DNA of 61,851 nucleotides, the filler included, from Squatina squatina (taxonomy: Eukaryota): the NCBI GenBank assembly GCA_031763465.1. It is 4 parts of 4 records of this genome, joined end to end, with 100 filler letters (N's around TTAATTAATTAA, not from the genome) between each part and the next. Parts side by side here need not be neighbours in the genome. Positions count along the whole stretch, not along the records: positions 35,945 to 48,616 come from JARFOE010000005.1; positions 48,717 to 61,851 come from JARFOE010000192.1; 2 more parts are not named here. One strand, written 5' to 3'. The notes beneath the pieces were generated by a model. It worked only from the letters and a program-made list of their open reading frames with translations. It made no database searches and was not told the DNA's origin. This document shows positions 37,801 through 51,766 of this stretch, one piece after another. How positions within the stretch are numbered: the first letter of the stretch is position 1; each line of letters opens with the position of its first letter. The position numbers and the translations under genes are program-made.

Positions 37801-39462
37801 TTACTTTTCTCCTGAACCGAACTCAGGAGAACTTCTGTCGAGGCACTTCATGTAGGTGGGTTGAAGTCCCATCCTGCCACACGTGAAGCTGCCGTAGAGG
37901 AAAATTCAACCCCAATTGTAGTGTCTCTGTTAGCACCTTGGCTGCATTCAACTAAATCACTACAGACTGAGGGAACAAAGGGCCTTCTTGTCTATACTGC
38001 TGATTACCACATTGGGTGGTGCATTTAACATTTTAGCCATTTGCAGAGTTAATGTTTACCTAAAGATGAGAGTGACCTACCTTGGAATTAAGTCACACGA
38101 AGAATTGGAGATTTAATTTTGGAGGTGGGTTTTCAGAGTACAGTGAGTACCTGAAGAGGAAGGTAAAAGTACAGGGCCGCTTACCAACTAACTGCACCGT
38201 ATCTGCGAGCTTCTTCCTCTCAAACAGTAACATAAGGAAAGAAGCAGCCTAGCTGGTATTCCAGAGAGACGTCCCAAGGAGATAATTCCGCAATTAATCA
38301 CATCACTGTCCAAAAGAGCTCCTTAAAAATCACATCATGAAATTTTCATGTAAATTTCCTTATGGTCCCAGTAAACTCCAAAGCTGTTTGAAATAATAAA
38401 ACAGCTGAATGTCTGCACATTTAGCAACTGGGAAGCATGGCTTATTCGGCAAACCACGACATTTTGCATCCACTGATAAGATTTATCACTCTAAATGTCT
38501 CTTCAACTCTCTCTTTGCCTCTTTCTGTATATCACATCCTCTTTAAGCACACTGAGATATTCTCTATATTAAAGGCGCTATATAGATGAAAGTTGTTGTC
38601 TTTTTCTCTGCCATTTTCTGTCTGATTTTCATTCCTCTTTCCTGACATTTCCATCTTTCTTGTTCCGNNNNNNNNNNNNNNNNNNNNNNNNNNNNNNNNN
38701 NNNNNNNNNNNNNNNNNNNNNNNNNNNNNNNNNNNNNNNNNNNNNNNNNNNNNNNNNNNNNNNNNNNGATGAAATTAGGCCAATTATACATCACAAACTG
38801 GTTTATTGTACACATATAATTAATATGTGTATGACCATTTGCAGTGAATTTTTACCCACTTCGTAATGCTTCTTGTAACATAGAAAATACCAAACATTCC
38901 ACACTATCCCTGCCAGGGGCTAAATACACATTTCTGACTGGTAATTTCTCTGAAACCAGTTGGCAGTAAATCAAATGGGGGACCTCTCACTCCGTGTCTG
39001 ACTTCCTTACCAAATGTCTGCAGATTTTTGGTCTGCCCTTTCTTAGCTGGACAAGAAGCCAAAGGTGACCTCTGACCCTCCCCCAGCTCTCAGTTCTTGT
39101 AGAATGGCCAGTAAAGTTGCTCATTAAACCAGGTGTTGCCCTTCTCGGTCTGGGCTCCAGGCAGTCAACCCCTGCTAAGCTCAAATGAATTAAATCTTTC
39201 CAACATATCATGTGTGGATGTTTCCTGGAATGTTTTGAACAACTTCCATTATTTCCAGCTGAGGTGGTATGCAGAAAGCATCATTCTGGATGCACACTTT
39301 GGGTATAATTTGCATTGCTAGTACAAGTCTTTTCTGTGGATTTAATCCCTTTTGAGTTATATTTAACTTAACAGAGATATCCAATTATAAATTACCTGAA
39401 ATTCCTCCTAGTTTAAGTAGTCAAGAAGATACTCGAGCCTCACCTCAGTGACAGCCAGCCAG

Positions 39463-39624
39463 CAATGTTCCCTATCCTTTTTTTTGGTGTGTGGGTCCTT
39501 TAACTGGCTGTGCAGCTTATTCAATTTTTCATGCTTGTGCGGTCGTTTCCATTGAAAAATGGGTGAGTGGCCTGTGTGGGACCTCCAGACTACGATGTCG
39601 CCACGCAGCTTAGCAGGAACGTTG
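39463..39624. mobile_element. hAT-type MITE (162 bp) with perfect 8-bp TSD CCAGCCAG
   Basis: Ends caatgttccct.../...gcagcttagcaggaacgttg. TSD at 39455-39462 and 39625-39632. Confidence 0.85.
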
Positions 39625-41823
39625 CCAGCCAGAGATGCCAGTGTCCAAGTTTTGTCAAATGGACCAATCCATCCAGATTCATAATCTTTTTCTTCCTGAT
39701 TTTCAGAATTTTGTTCTCCCCCACTCATGAAGGTGTCAGCTTTGGCTGGGGTTGGTTGGTTTTATGTGTCCACCTTCAAGGTGCCTTGACCAACTGGCCA
39801 TTCTTCATATGTGAACCTACTGAGTGAGGGTCTGTTTTCAAGAACAGAACATGCTTCTCTCTGGTTTGGANNNNNNNNNNCCTGCACCCATGTTCAGGGA
39901 CAACACAGCTGAGCCCAATCCTGATCTGAAACGATTATATTTTTGACCATAATTCAGAGTATTTCATACAATGGTCAACTGCGGTCAGGGGCGAACAGAA
40001 ACTGAGGGACAATTGCAACCACTGATATGACAGCAAGCGCCCAGAGATATTTAAACTTTCTGAGCCTTGAGCCAAAGGCTTAGATCACTATTACACATTT
40101 GACGTAACTTCTAGAACCCAAGTGGGTAACGGTTCCCCATGTAGCCTGGAAATTAAGAGTTAACATTTGTTTCACTGAACTGCTGGACTAAAATTATTTC
40201 AAGTTCACGGCTTGTTTCTATCTGGGTTGCACAGCCTGCACTCATGCTCGGTGACATTAACTGAGCCTCTGCTATTCTCCTGCAGACACCAATTAACAAG
40301 TGATAGAAAGAACTCTCCTATCACACATGATGGCTTTTCCACCAATCATGTTCGATGTTTCAGGTCAAAATGTACAATATGTGGCATAAGGGACTCGCTA
40401 TAAGAAGTACTCTATCATATTTATAAACACACACACAGATCAGGAATTTCCTGGGGTCTTTCACTTTCCTTCTGCAGTCGATTGATTTTTCCATTTTGTT
40501 GTCCCTTTCTCTTGCTCCACACCATGTTTACTCATACTACACCTACTTACATTTAAGTAAATGATTTACCAGTTTAAATTACTGGGCTCCCTGGATAAAA
40601 CTGTTCTGCTTGACTTAGGTCCTGCATCCTTCAGAGTTTCAAAGCTCTCATTTACAAGCACAATCTCTCAGTTCACAAACCAACATTTTAAAAATACCTG
40701 TTAGCCAGAGCTTGAATGATTGATTCAGTAATATTATACAATGCTACTCAACACGGTTTCCAATAATTAAAATAAATATTTTCTAGTGCTGTTGAAGGCT
40801 GTTTTTGCCTCCAAGGAGAAAGTGTTGATCAACAGTGATCTTAATATTCATTTTGTAAGTTTAATAAGAGTCGTGTGAGCCTGGAGCAGAAATGTAGCAG
40901 TTGCATTATTTAGACTCCCTTCGGGGTTCTGCCCCGTAACAGCATTGTATAGGCAAGTGACAGGGGCTCCTGGGAACTTAGCCTCTTAAATTTTAAGTTA
41001 AAAAGTTCATCGATAATTTGGTTGATATGGAAAATCCTGCTGTTGTGGAAAATTGCAGTCNNNNNNNNNNNNNNNNNNNNNNNNNNNNNNNNNNNNNNNN
41101 NNNNNNNNNNNNNNNNNNNNNNNNNNNNNNNNNNNNNNNNNNNNNNNNNNNNNNNNNNNNTGTGCACTTAAACAATGGGAAATTTATCTGGGTTTCTGGT
41201 TGCCTTGGCAACATGTATTTGTTTGCCTGTCCAAACTCAACAGAAAGCATCTGTCATTATTCATACAGCAATTCTATAAAGGGATGGAGAATGCATAAAC
41301 ACTGGCTGCTACAAATCAATTGAGCTCAGGGCTGCCCCTCTGTTGCATGCTTGGTACATTTGTGAGCATCTGGCTCGCTAACGTTTGCATTTCACAATAA
41401 GACCAGTCTGTTACATTTGTATGCACTGTTGTCAGTTTCATTATGTTATTGAGAAAAAGCTGTAACAAAAGATGAGAAAGATGGCTTTTTTTTAAACTTT
41501 CATCTTAATGGATTTTGCTTCTTATTTTTCTTTGATTAGGTCCCTCCACGTCACACATCATTTGCAACTAAATATATGACAGGCAACCTGCTTCAAGGTT
41601 TTACCAATGCTCCAGTGATTTAAATGATAGGAGGTTTAAAAAAGCAGCATGGAACTACTTGGCCTATTTTGCCTTTCTGTCAATGTGAGGCAGCACTTGC
41701 TCGCCATTTGATATCCCGTCCCTTGGCAGCTGGATCAAGATCACAGGAAGGGGAATCACAGATGTGAACTCACACCTTTGTGCACAATAAATCAAAATGT
41801 TAACTTTTTAATACACTGATAAT

Positions 41824-41987
41824 CAATGTCCCCCATAAGTTGCACTGCTTCCTGCACGACCTGCCTTCCCAATAAATTCAAATTTATGCGCATGTGCATG
41901 TAAATGTACTGTAAAAGCCGGTGAGCGGACAATGCAGGACCTTGCAGACAGATGACTGTGCAGCCGTGCAGCTTAGCAGGAACATTG
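41824..41987. mobile_element. hAT-type MITE (164 bp) with perfect 8-bp TSD CTGATAAT
   Basis: caatgtcccccataagttgcac / gtgcagcttagcaggaacattg. TSD at 41816-41823 and 41988-41995. Confidence 0.85.
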
Positions 41988-42270
41988 CTGATAATCCATG
42001 ATGCTTAATATAATCTCTCATCGTGCATACATGCATTTTAATATTCCACAACAACTTGGACAATAAAAAGATAAGCGTCCCTGCCTCATTCAGGTGAAAC
42101 ATGCATTGCTCCAAAATACAGATTTCAAATTATTCTATGCACTGCAGCTTTACTTGTTGCTTACAGGATGCATAGTTTCATATCAGTCACGAGACTAACA
42201 ATATTTGTTCTATGGTCATGGTGCAACAGGCTGCAGTGTATAGAAAGGAAAAAGGAGACCGATTACAAAT

Positions 42271-42420
42271 AGAATCATAGAAATTTACAGCACAGAAGGC
42301 GGCCATTCAACCCATCTTGTCTGTCCCAGCCGAAAAAGAGCTATCCAACTTAATGCCACTTTCCAGCTCTTGGTCCGTTGCCTCGTAGGTTACGGCACTT
42401 CAATTACATATCTAAGTACT
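42271..42420 (-). mobile_element. CR1-type LINE 3' end
   Basis: agaatcatagaaatttacagcacagaaggcggccattcaacccatc..., the same motif as 25358-25403. Confidence 0.75.
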
Positions 42421-43869
42421 NNNNNNNNNNNNNNNNNNNNNNNNNNNNNNNNNNNNNNNNNNNNNNNNNNNNNNNNNNNNNNNNNNNNNNNNNNNNNNNN
42501 NNNNNNNNNNNNNNNNNNNNGTGCTCTCTGATGCACATCTCTATTGAATAAGCGAGCATTTCAATGTTCGCTAATAGACACATGATTATTTTATTTACTG
42601 TGATTTGGTGGACACTGGATTTCAACATGTCTGGATATAGCCAACCTAGCTCTTTCGCTTGCCAGTGGAAGGAACTGGAGTTTTTTCTTGGAGCAGAGCT
42701 CTGATAGAATTAGTGCTGGATTTGAATAATACCATTGACTGGAAGACTCGAGTTGTTTGGAGCTGTGCAGATCTTGAGACTGCACATTTATATTGTGATA
42801 GATTTGAGCAGATGAGAGAATATGGCAATATGAAGCTGTGATTTTCAAAATCCACACTGCCAAGGCACTGTTGGTTCCTGTGAGGTGTAGGTTGGATAGA
42901 TTCATCCTCTGCAATACAGAGACATAATTGCCTGCTGAGCTAAGTGAGATTTTTGGAGGTGGATTAACAGTTCTTTGAATAAAGTATTTGAAAGGCCATT
43001 ATTGGGAAGCTGTACGCAGTGTTAGACTATTTCCCTCTGACAGTCTAATATGACAATTTCTAATGAAATATCAAATTCATTCAATGCAGTAAATGTTGGA
43101 ATATATTTTATCTTTTAATGTAAAGCCCCACACACACTACACTACTTTCTACTGCAGAGTGCAAGAGACAGTACAGATGCTCTTTGTGATAGCTTCCCAT
43201 GCCTTTTTAAAATGAACTAATGCGTTTTAAGACACCTATACCCATTTTAGCATTATATCTGCTACTTCATATGTATTAGATTTTTGAAATAGTTCTCTAA
43301 CTTGCGTATCAAACTTATAAAATATCTAGGCTCAGCAGTTTAGAAAATCCTGTTTATTTACCAGAAGTTTACTGGCTGTAGGACTTTATGGAGTTGCTGT
43401 TTATTCAGTAGAGTAAGGATCACTGGCTGCACGGAATTCCTGTGGATTCAGCAGGTTAAGCGATAATTTCACAAAACTTGAAAGGTTTGCTGTTTTCTTG
43501 ATTTGTTATCGGCCCAGTTCTGTTATAATAAGCTTGCTTCAGTCGAATGAATTGGACAAGTGTTGGAGTTATGCTGAAATATTTCAGCAGATATTTGGAG
43601 GCGGATAGTATTTATATTCAGACAGTAGGATGTCGAGTTCTCCTAACTGAAATATGTCCGACAAGCAACGTGCAGAAAGGCTGAAAAGCTAATGGAAGTG
43701 TAACTCTCCCGCAAGCTCAATTCAGCTCTACTCTACTCATCTTCGGCAACCTCAGTATGTTCTGTAAAGCTATTATCAGTCAGTGGTTGAATTATGTAGT
43801 GCTGCTTAGCAGGCGACAGAGAATAGCCAGCTCTAGCTCTGCTTTCCATACCATCTAAAGCCACTGTTT

Positions 43870-44003
43870 CAGGTTCCCTTTAATTTTTGGGGGAGGGCTG
43901 CGCAGCCCATTCAAAATACCATACATGCATGGTTTTTCTCTTTCTATTTAAAAGCCAGCTGCAAGGGACCCCTGGAGCGCTGCATATTTTAAAGGGAACA
44001 TTG
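43870..44003. mobile_element. Older hAT-type MITE, same TIR family (CA.TGTTCCCT.TAA)
   Basis: caggttccctttaa ... ttaaagggaacattg. No TSD preserved. Confidence 0.55.
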
Positions 44004-44024
44004 ATGGAGAGCACTGAGTTTATT

Positions 44025-44401
44025 CAGATTTTAAAATTCTCGTCCTTGTTTTCAAATCTCTCCATGGCCACGCCCCTCCCTATATCTGTAACGGCCTACA
44101 GCCCTCAGAGATCGCTGCACTCCTCCAATTCTGGCCTTTTGTGCGTCCCTGATTTTCATCGCTCCACTATTGGCGGCCGTGCCTTCTGTGGGCCCTAAGT
44201 TCTGGAATTCCCTGCCTAAACCTCTCCGCTTCTCTACCTCTCTCTCCTCCTTTAAGACGCTCCTTAACACCTCCCTCTTTGACCAAGCTTTTGGTCACCT
44301 GTCCTAATATCTCCTTGTGTGGCTTGGTATCAACTCTCCTGTGAAGTATCTTGGGACATTTTACTATGTTAAAGGCACTATATAAATGCAAATTGTTGTT
44401 G
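44025..44401 (+). mobile_element. L2 LINE 3' end
   Basis: FKILVLVFKSLHGHAPPYIC..., RSLHSSNSGLLCVPDFHRSTIGGRAF, and tail ggcactatataaatgcaaattgttgttg. Confidence 0.88.
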
Positions 44402-47031
44402 AGAATGGCACAGCCCATGCCAGAGTTCTCTACAAAATCAGTGAAAAGCAGCAGGCTATCAGTTATGATGAATTACATCATGAGAGTTGCTGCCACTTAA
44501 ATCTGATGTCTGCTTCAAGAACTCCAGAACTGCATCTGAACATTCTCTAACAGTCTAAAATGCCTGTACAGAATAGCAGCAGTGAAGCTTAAAACACTCC
44601 TTTTCCTATCTGTGAAAGTTTATCCCAGACAGTGATACTGGATAGAACGCTCTCTGTTGTGTGCAGTGCCTCAAACATGGAGGAAGCTCACGTGCTTGTT
44701 GAAGAATGCATTAGGTTCTGGGAAGTGTGCGATGGTGGCTGTGGTTGCAGACTGTAATATGCGATAAGGCACCATTACTTCCAGGCTCAGTTGTGGATCA
44801 AGCTTTAGAACAAAACAAGTCTGTACTTGATTTCTCAGTGGTCGAGCCAACCCAGTTAGTTGGGTTTTACAGGATCATAAATCGCACCGAGCGACAGGTT
44901 TGATAGAGGTGCGACCATGCTGGCAGGCTCTCTGTCTAATCTATGAGCTTTCATTGTGGGACAATGCTGGTTCCCCTCTTTTACACAATTCACAATTAGT
45001 TCTGTCGCAAAACAAGTGGCTTCTGGGTGTTCAGCTGAGCTTGTGTGTGATGATTGACGCTGAGCCCAGTGAGATGTTCACAAACTTCTGTATTTCACAT
45101 TTACTCAAGGGAGTGGAGTGCTCAAGCACTGTCAGTAAATCTGAGCACTGAATGCTGCCTTCTCAATGAATGATGCTTTTATGGTGGAGAAGATGAAATA
45201 GAAATAAGTTTGTTTTTTTCCCTTTTTTGTTTAAGCTCTCATTTGACCCACCACCTACCCAAAACCACAGAACAGTAGGGGTGGGTGAGATGTGCTTGCA
45301 GGCTTCTGCCAATGTCTAGTCACGAGAAGTTACATAAGCGTGGCTCCAGGGAACTCATACATGGATTTTTATTTGTTCCTTCCTACTGCTGCTGGGATAC
45401 AGTGTGTTGGTTCTCCAACCGCTGCATTATCAAACTCCTCGTCTTTGAAAATATGGTGAGATTCTAGTCAGATGAGGTCCCAAAAGACAGACTGGCTTTT
45501 GGAAACTCTTAAATTAGACTAAGCACTGGGAGCTTTCAAAGGCAGAGGAAGATGCTGAACAGCATAAATAGGAAAGGAGGTGAGATGGGATCAATATTGA
45601 GAATTTACAGACAAAAGCAGGCTCAGTCTGTTTGAGAGGAAGAAAAGTTTCTTAGTGAAAGAAACAGGGACTAATAAAAGACAAGGGAAACATGCAGAGG
45701 AAGTAAAACTGAGTGTCTTGTGAGGAGAGTGGGATGAATATGTGCTCTTGTGATAACCTTTATGGACAGATCCCAATACTGCATTCTCACTGCAAAGTTA
45801 ACATTGCAATACCCTCAAGTGTCTGACCTATCCATCCTTATTTTACTGATATTTGTAAAAGATTCACTGACGTCACTCTACACAGTGGAGTTCCATCTCT
45901 GAAAATGCATTCCATTAGTGGCCATACCTTTGGCATCATGGTGGTGTGTTGCCCGGGGAGCCTCTTTCTCTCCCTCACCGGGTGACTCTCCCTACATGGG
46001 GTTTCCTATCTCCGCCAGTTTTGAAGAGCTGCGATTGGACCACAGATACTTAGTATGATGGAAAGTTGGGAAGTATTTCTGCCAGCACGCTGTGTAGCTG
46101 CTGACTCAAAGGTGATGTTGGGAAAGTCTTGAGCAGTCATCTACCAATCACCGAAGAGTATGTGGCAGTTGGGACCTTTTTAAAAAGTGATGGGGAATAA
46201 ATGAATAAATTTGATTTGTGGGCTTACAGACTAAGTTGCCAATTGAAGAAGCACAGCTGTGTATTTCTGAATATATTAGCTTTTTCTTCTGCTTGAGAAT
46301 GGATAAAATTCAAATTTATTTCAAATGTTTGCTATTCATTCTCTTGAGTCAGAGAGCCAAATTAATAGGATTGTGTGAAGAACATTGACTTGCTGGAATA
46401 GTGAATGAACAGACTAGCATGGAGACTGCCAAAGCACAACTATGCAAGAGCCTGGCTTATTCTGATGGCCTTCGACAGATTGTGTTTGGCAGGGGCATGG
46501 AGAGGAACTGGCATGACCTGAACTGAGTGCCATCTCCACAGTTTATACTGAGCACAGTTCTGCACTGGCTTGTATTTCTTTGCGTCTCTGACATGTATAG
46601 CAGGCAGTACTGGCGAAATGACTATGCTGTTGGTACTGGGGACGGAGCATGACGACTGGAAATTAATGCACACCCTTGGTGCGATTCAAGTACACATTTG
46701 CAGCTGTGGCCTAAAGGAGGTTGGTGAGAGAGGGAGGGATTAGTTATGTATAGCATAATGAAGAAGGGGGTATGAATGTCTTAGCTTGAAAACCCACATT
46801 AGTGTGACTATACCATTCAAGGGGCATTGAATACATCTTGAAAGCTTTGTTTCCATGGATCTTAAAATTGTTCAGAGTTTGAAAAAATTTTGCCAATTCA
46901 TCCCTCGTTGAAACCAGACTGATCTGTCTAAGGATGTGTGCAAAAACCTTTAACATAGTGATCTGGTTTTGGCAAATTTTCCAGAGTGCTTGTGTGTTTG
47001 GCTTTTTCTGGAATACAGAGGCATTTAACCA

Positions 47032-47032
<1 letters not shown>

Positions 47033-47062
<30 letters not shown>
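47033..47062. repeat. (CA)n microsatellite
   Basis: Directly visible. Confidence 0.95.
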
Positions 47063-47065
<3 letters not shown>

Positions 47066-47477
47066 CTTATGAAATAATAAATACTAATGTATAAAATGTG
47101 AATTTTCTGATTTGGAGGTGAGAATGATGTCAATTGACCCAAGCTGACACGCACCAAGGTTGAAACGATGAGGTTAATGAACAGCTTTGTGATTTTTACT
47201 GTCTGCCTCCAGTGCTGTGCAAAACTCTCAGAAAATCAATACTGCTGATATTGCTCTCTTTTTTAGAAAAAAATAACCATGGAAATCATTTCCAGAACTG
47301 TGGTTAATGTATTAAAGAGGAAACAACATTGTTTACAGAGAGGCAGTAACATTTTCATCTATTTCAAACTTATTGATGCAGAATTGCTATTTTCTGCATG
47401 ATGATTTAAAACAATATAGCCTCTCACCATGTCCCACAATGCGCACTTACCCATTCCCAGCTAACAAGTTTAAGAAG

Positions 47478-47800
47478 GATGGGGTATCGGATAAGAGACT
47501 GGCCTTTCACCTCTGGGCTTGAATTTGAACAAAGCCCAGACTGATAGGTAAAATTCTGAGCAGTCCACTGGCTATAAGGCCACTATGAGTAATGGATTTG
47601 GACATGGACACATGGTAAAAAGACAGCCTTTATGTTGGCACTAATTGGCAATTCACTCAATGAGACCAGGACATGGGGAAAAAAACTGAGGGTTTTTGAG
47701 AGTTTTGGAAATTAGATGCATTATTAGGCAAGATAATGGAGCTTTATCATGCATCTAATCATCACGTTACACTTGACATGAGACTAGTTGGTGCTGATAC
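47478..47800 (+). mobile_element. LF-SINE-like element, degenerate
   Basis: Colinear matches to the recalled LF-SINE consensus: gcctttcacctct, agcccag, ttggcactaattggca. Confidence 0.55.
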
Positions 47801-48616
47801 TATGTGCCCAATGAGCGTAAAATATATATTTTTAAAATTAGAGAAGAAAGTATTAGCATAAAAACATTAACTCAACATCACTCAAGCTGTTTCATACTGA
47901 GGAAAACATTGCAATTCTTCAATTTAAAATGCTTGAGTACCACAAGGGAANNNNNNNNNNNNNNNNNNNNNNNNNNNNNNNNNNNNNNNNNNNNNNNNNN
48001 NNNNNNNNNNNNNNNNNNNNNNNNNNNNNNNNNNNNNNNNNNNNNNNNNNTTATAAATGTACTGGCAGCATTTGACAAATGCTAACCCTCGTCACAGTTA
48101 TTGATGAGCTGTACAAAATCTTTGCCTGGGTGTTAATTGGCGTTCGGAGAGTTTGCCGAGTGTGTGACATTCTGTCGGCTGCAGCTTAATAAGAATTCTG
48201 ATTATAAAATGCCATCCAAATTGAATTAATAATTGAAGATTTTTAATCCATGTTCAGTCTTTCTGTTGAAATTCCAATTTTGGGAAGGTATCCTCGGGCT
48301 ATGGCATCAGTTTGGGCTTTTCAACGTGATCGAGGCAGAAAGCTGCTTCCATCCAAACTGGGTTGGTTTGTGCTTATCGAGGTGAGGGATGACAGCTTGG
48401 GAACGAGCATGTCACGATGTGATCTTCTGTCAGTTCAATAATTGTTTTTAAAACAAATCCAGATCTGTTAGTAATAACAGCTTTTGCAGCATCAAACACT
48501 GTTGATGTTGCGGTTTCTTAATAGAATGGAGTCTTCTTCTGGGTTTAGGTGTTGTAAATGGATTCTAAACCAAACACACCAAAATTAAAAATTTAAAAAA
48601 GCATTGTACTTTTCCT

Positions 48617-48716
48617 NNNNNNNNNNNNNNNNNNNNNNNNNNNNNNNNNNNNNNNNNNNNTTAATTAATTAANNNNNNNNNNNNNNNNNNNNNNNNNNNN
48701 NNNNNNNNNNNNNNNN
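48617..48716. other. Assembly gap with TTAATTAATTAA linker (48661-48672)
   Basis: 44 N + 12-mer + 44 N. Confidence 0.95.
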
Positions 48717-50214
48717 ACACATATGCTTATCTAGCTTCCCCTTAAATGTATCTATGCTATGTGCCTCAACAACTCCTTTGGGTAAAGAAGCTTTGCCTGA
48801 ATTTTCTATTAATGAGCGAGATCTGGAAGCTGGGAAAACTTTCCTAATTTATGATCAATTAAAATTGCAATAGTCTGGTGATTTGTACCAAATTAAATGT
48901 AATTGTGAATTCCAATATAAAAACAAGTTGAATGTACTGATTAATCAGCTTTCTACTTCAAAGTTGTAATGTAACGAGGGAAAGCAGTTAATTGCCAGAA
49001 GCAGTGAAAGGTAACACACATACAGATGCCTTTCAGACTATAATTACTGACTATTTAGATTCCATGCATGGTGGCTCATTCCGCACACTGTGATTTGGCT
49101 GTGCTATGATCAGCTGTCTGAATGTTTAATCAAAAGGTTCAAGAAGTATTTTTGTACATTTTGTTATTGTTAGAATGGAAACTCTACATGGAATCTGTAA
49201 TTAGCCCTGCTGCTGTATTGCTTACTGTGTCACAAAAATTTGTTACATGAATGTGTATTTGTTTATATTAAGTACAGNNNNNNNNNNNNNNNNNNNNNNN
49301 NNNNNNNNNNNNNNNNNNNNNNNNNNNNNNNNNNNNNNNNNNNNNNNNNNNNNNNNNNNNNNNNNNNNNNNNNNNNNAATAGGTGACAGATCAGAGAGAG
49401 AAAAGAATGAAAAGAGGACAAAATCTCAGCAGAAAAGAAAGATGAAATGGGCAAGAATTAAAAAGTAAAAGCAAATAGCAAGGAAAAGCAAAAATAATGG
49501 GAAATGAGAGAGAAAAATGAAAGAAATAGAACAAAAGATTGACAGCAAAGCTTGTGAAAAGGAAAACTAACTGGCGGGGATGACAAGGCAAGGAGAGTAC
49601 AGGGCGAGAAGGTAGGAAATGCAGGAAATTCCTTTTAGCAAGTATGATTTTCCAATAACAATAAAGTTGCTGTTCAGTGGAATTGCTCAGAACATTAATT
49701 TTCCATGGTTACCGGCATTGCTGGATATATTCTGTTACTCTTCAGCCACTTGATTAACTTGTAAAACACAAAACTGTGCATTTTTAAAAAAACAAAACCT
49801 TTGATAGCTGACACCTCATTGAGAAGATACTAGTCATAACAATCTGTTTTGCTAAAGTAAAAGGGCATATATGTTTCACCTTTTAAGAAAAGGATTAACA
49901 CATTCAGGCACTTTTTCAGTGTGACTATGAATCACTGATGAGTGATTGGTGTTGTAGACTGAAGGACTTACAGGGTGGAAGGTCACCTTACATCGCAATG
50001 GAGCTGGAAACACATATTTATAAAAGGGAAATTGATTCCCCTATGTGGAGAAGTTTCACATCAGTGGTGTGAGTCAGGGTTTGCAGGTTTCATATAATGA
50101 TTAATAAGCAGGTTCCATGCAGACTCAAGTTTAGTCTAAAAATGAGTTTTTACCCTTACTGAGTACTTTCTTTTTGTCATCTACAATTGAGTATGGCAGA
50201 ATGAGAACAGTTCT

Positions 50215-50595
50215 TAGCGAGTAAACAAACCACCCAGTGTGATACTAAGCCATAGGGACCAGCGAGGTCTCGGCTTGAGTTAGCTGATCTCAGTTGTGGT
50301 GGAGTAGGGTGTTAAATTGGCCCCAGAGGCCTCTGGGATAGAGGAAGGGAGGAATCAGCCAGAATTCCTGACTACTATCTAGTGACTCTTGCTGAAAAAT
50401 ATGTGCACTTGGGTGTTGGGTGAGGATAGGATATGATATGGCCATGTAACCTCCCACAGTCAAATAGCATGCCACACCACTCACTGTCTAGATTCACATT
50501 GGCCATTTGGCCAAGGTGCTAGTGGGTGTCTGCTGCTCATTTAAACATACGCTAGCATCAGACAAGTCCTTTAAGGGAGGATGGGAGAAAACTGG
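50215..50595 (+). mobile_element. Old SINE-like repeat (family of 17660-17960)
   Basis: Shared motifs with the other copies in the window. Confidence 0.55.
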
Positions 50596-51766
50596 GGATA
50601 TATGATTGTTAGTTTCTCTAAAATTGAAAATTGAATTACCAAATGTTAACTTGAGTTTTGACTACCAAGCTTAACTTAATAAATCCTCAGAAAATCTACT
50701 GTCTAAGTCCCACCTTTAGGCATGTTTTTATAACTCTGAAATATAGATGGGGAAATTTAGAATGCTGTGTCTCATATGGTTTTGATTGAAATGGCAGCTA
50801 TAAAATATGCCTTCTGAGTGCAACTTATCTGTTAGATTTTACAGTAGTTCCCCTGTATGATTACAGCCTATGCAGTAACATGCACTGTATTAATCTTGAT
50901 ATCTATATGAAATGTCTCCTGAGTGATGGGATGTACTCAGTAAACTACTTTATGACCTGATGATGTCACAGTATCTCCTAACTGCTCTCTTTCCCCTCCC
51001 CGCTACTAGTACCAAGGTCTAGTAAGTTATTTTCTTCCTATTCCCTACATCAATAATGGTTCCTTTTCCCAAGAAGCTCAGCAGGAAACCTACTAGCAAG
51101 TGACTGTTAGTGCAAGGTAGCATTTAATAGTTTTGGTTAATTTTCCCTAATAACAGAGGTAGTCCTAGTCCGACAGCCTAATTGTTTTAACTGGTTAAAA
51201 TCCAGCAAAATATCTGTGCAGGTTCAAGGAATCACTAAATCCTGGCTCTCGCCAGCAGCAAGTAAGTCCTCATAGTTGTATCCCTATAGAGAGAAAGTGT
51301 GCATTTTATATCCGTCGGACACAAGTACCTGGTACCAAAGCAGCTGTCTTTCACCTGAGCTTAGACAGGGAGTGTTGACAAGCTATTCAAGCACAGAGAG
51401 GACATTATAATTGAACATGATCTTTCCTCACAGCTCAGCCTGATCCTGTCATCATCTTATCCCATTCATGCACTGGCAATTTCAGGCAGAGGTCACTAAG
51501 TAGTATCAGAGGTGTGAAACCTGCCTCCCAAGCCCAGGGATGCTGCAATTACTGTACTGCCCTCACTACAACCCCAGCTGAGATTAGCTACATGAACACA
51601 GACTGGTACGCTTTTCCAACACCATTTCCTTCTGCATCTGCCCTTGGGGGAAAAAAAGCTCCCCTAAGTCGCTTACAACTGCACTTTCAAACTCTCAACA
51701 TTGTCTAGCCTTTGGCCTTCCATTCACCACACTTCCTCTACAGCTGTTCATTTGCTCAACTATTCT

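Noticed and set aside
37464-37886. 140-aa ORF as a host gene
   Set aside because: Overlaps the frameshifted Harbinger transposase fossil.
42591-42914. Two overlapping open frames after a plausible minus-strand acceptor
   Set aside because: No recognisable protein similarity. Consistent with chance.
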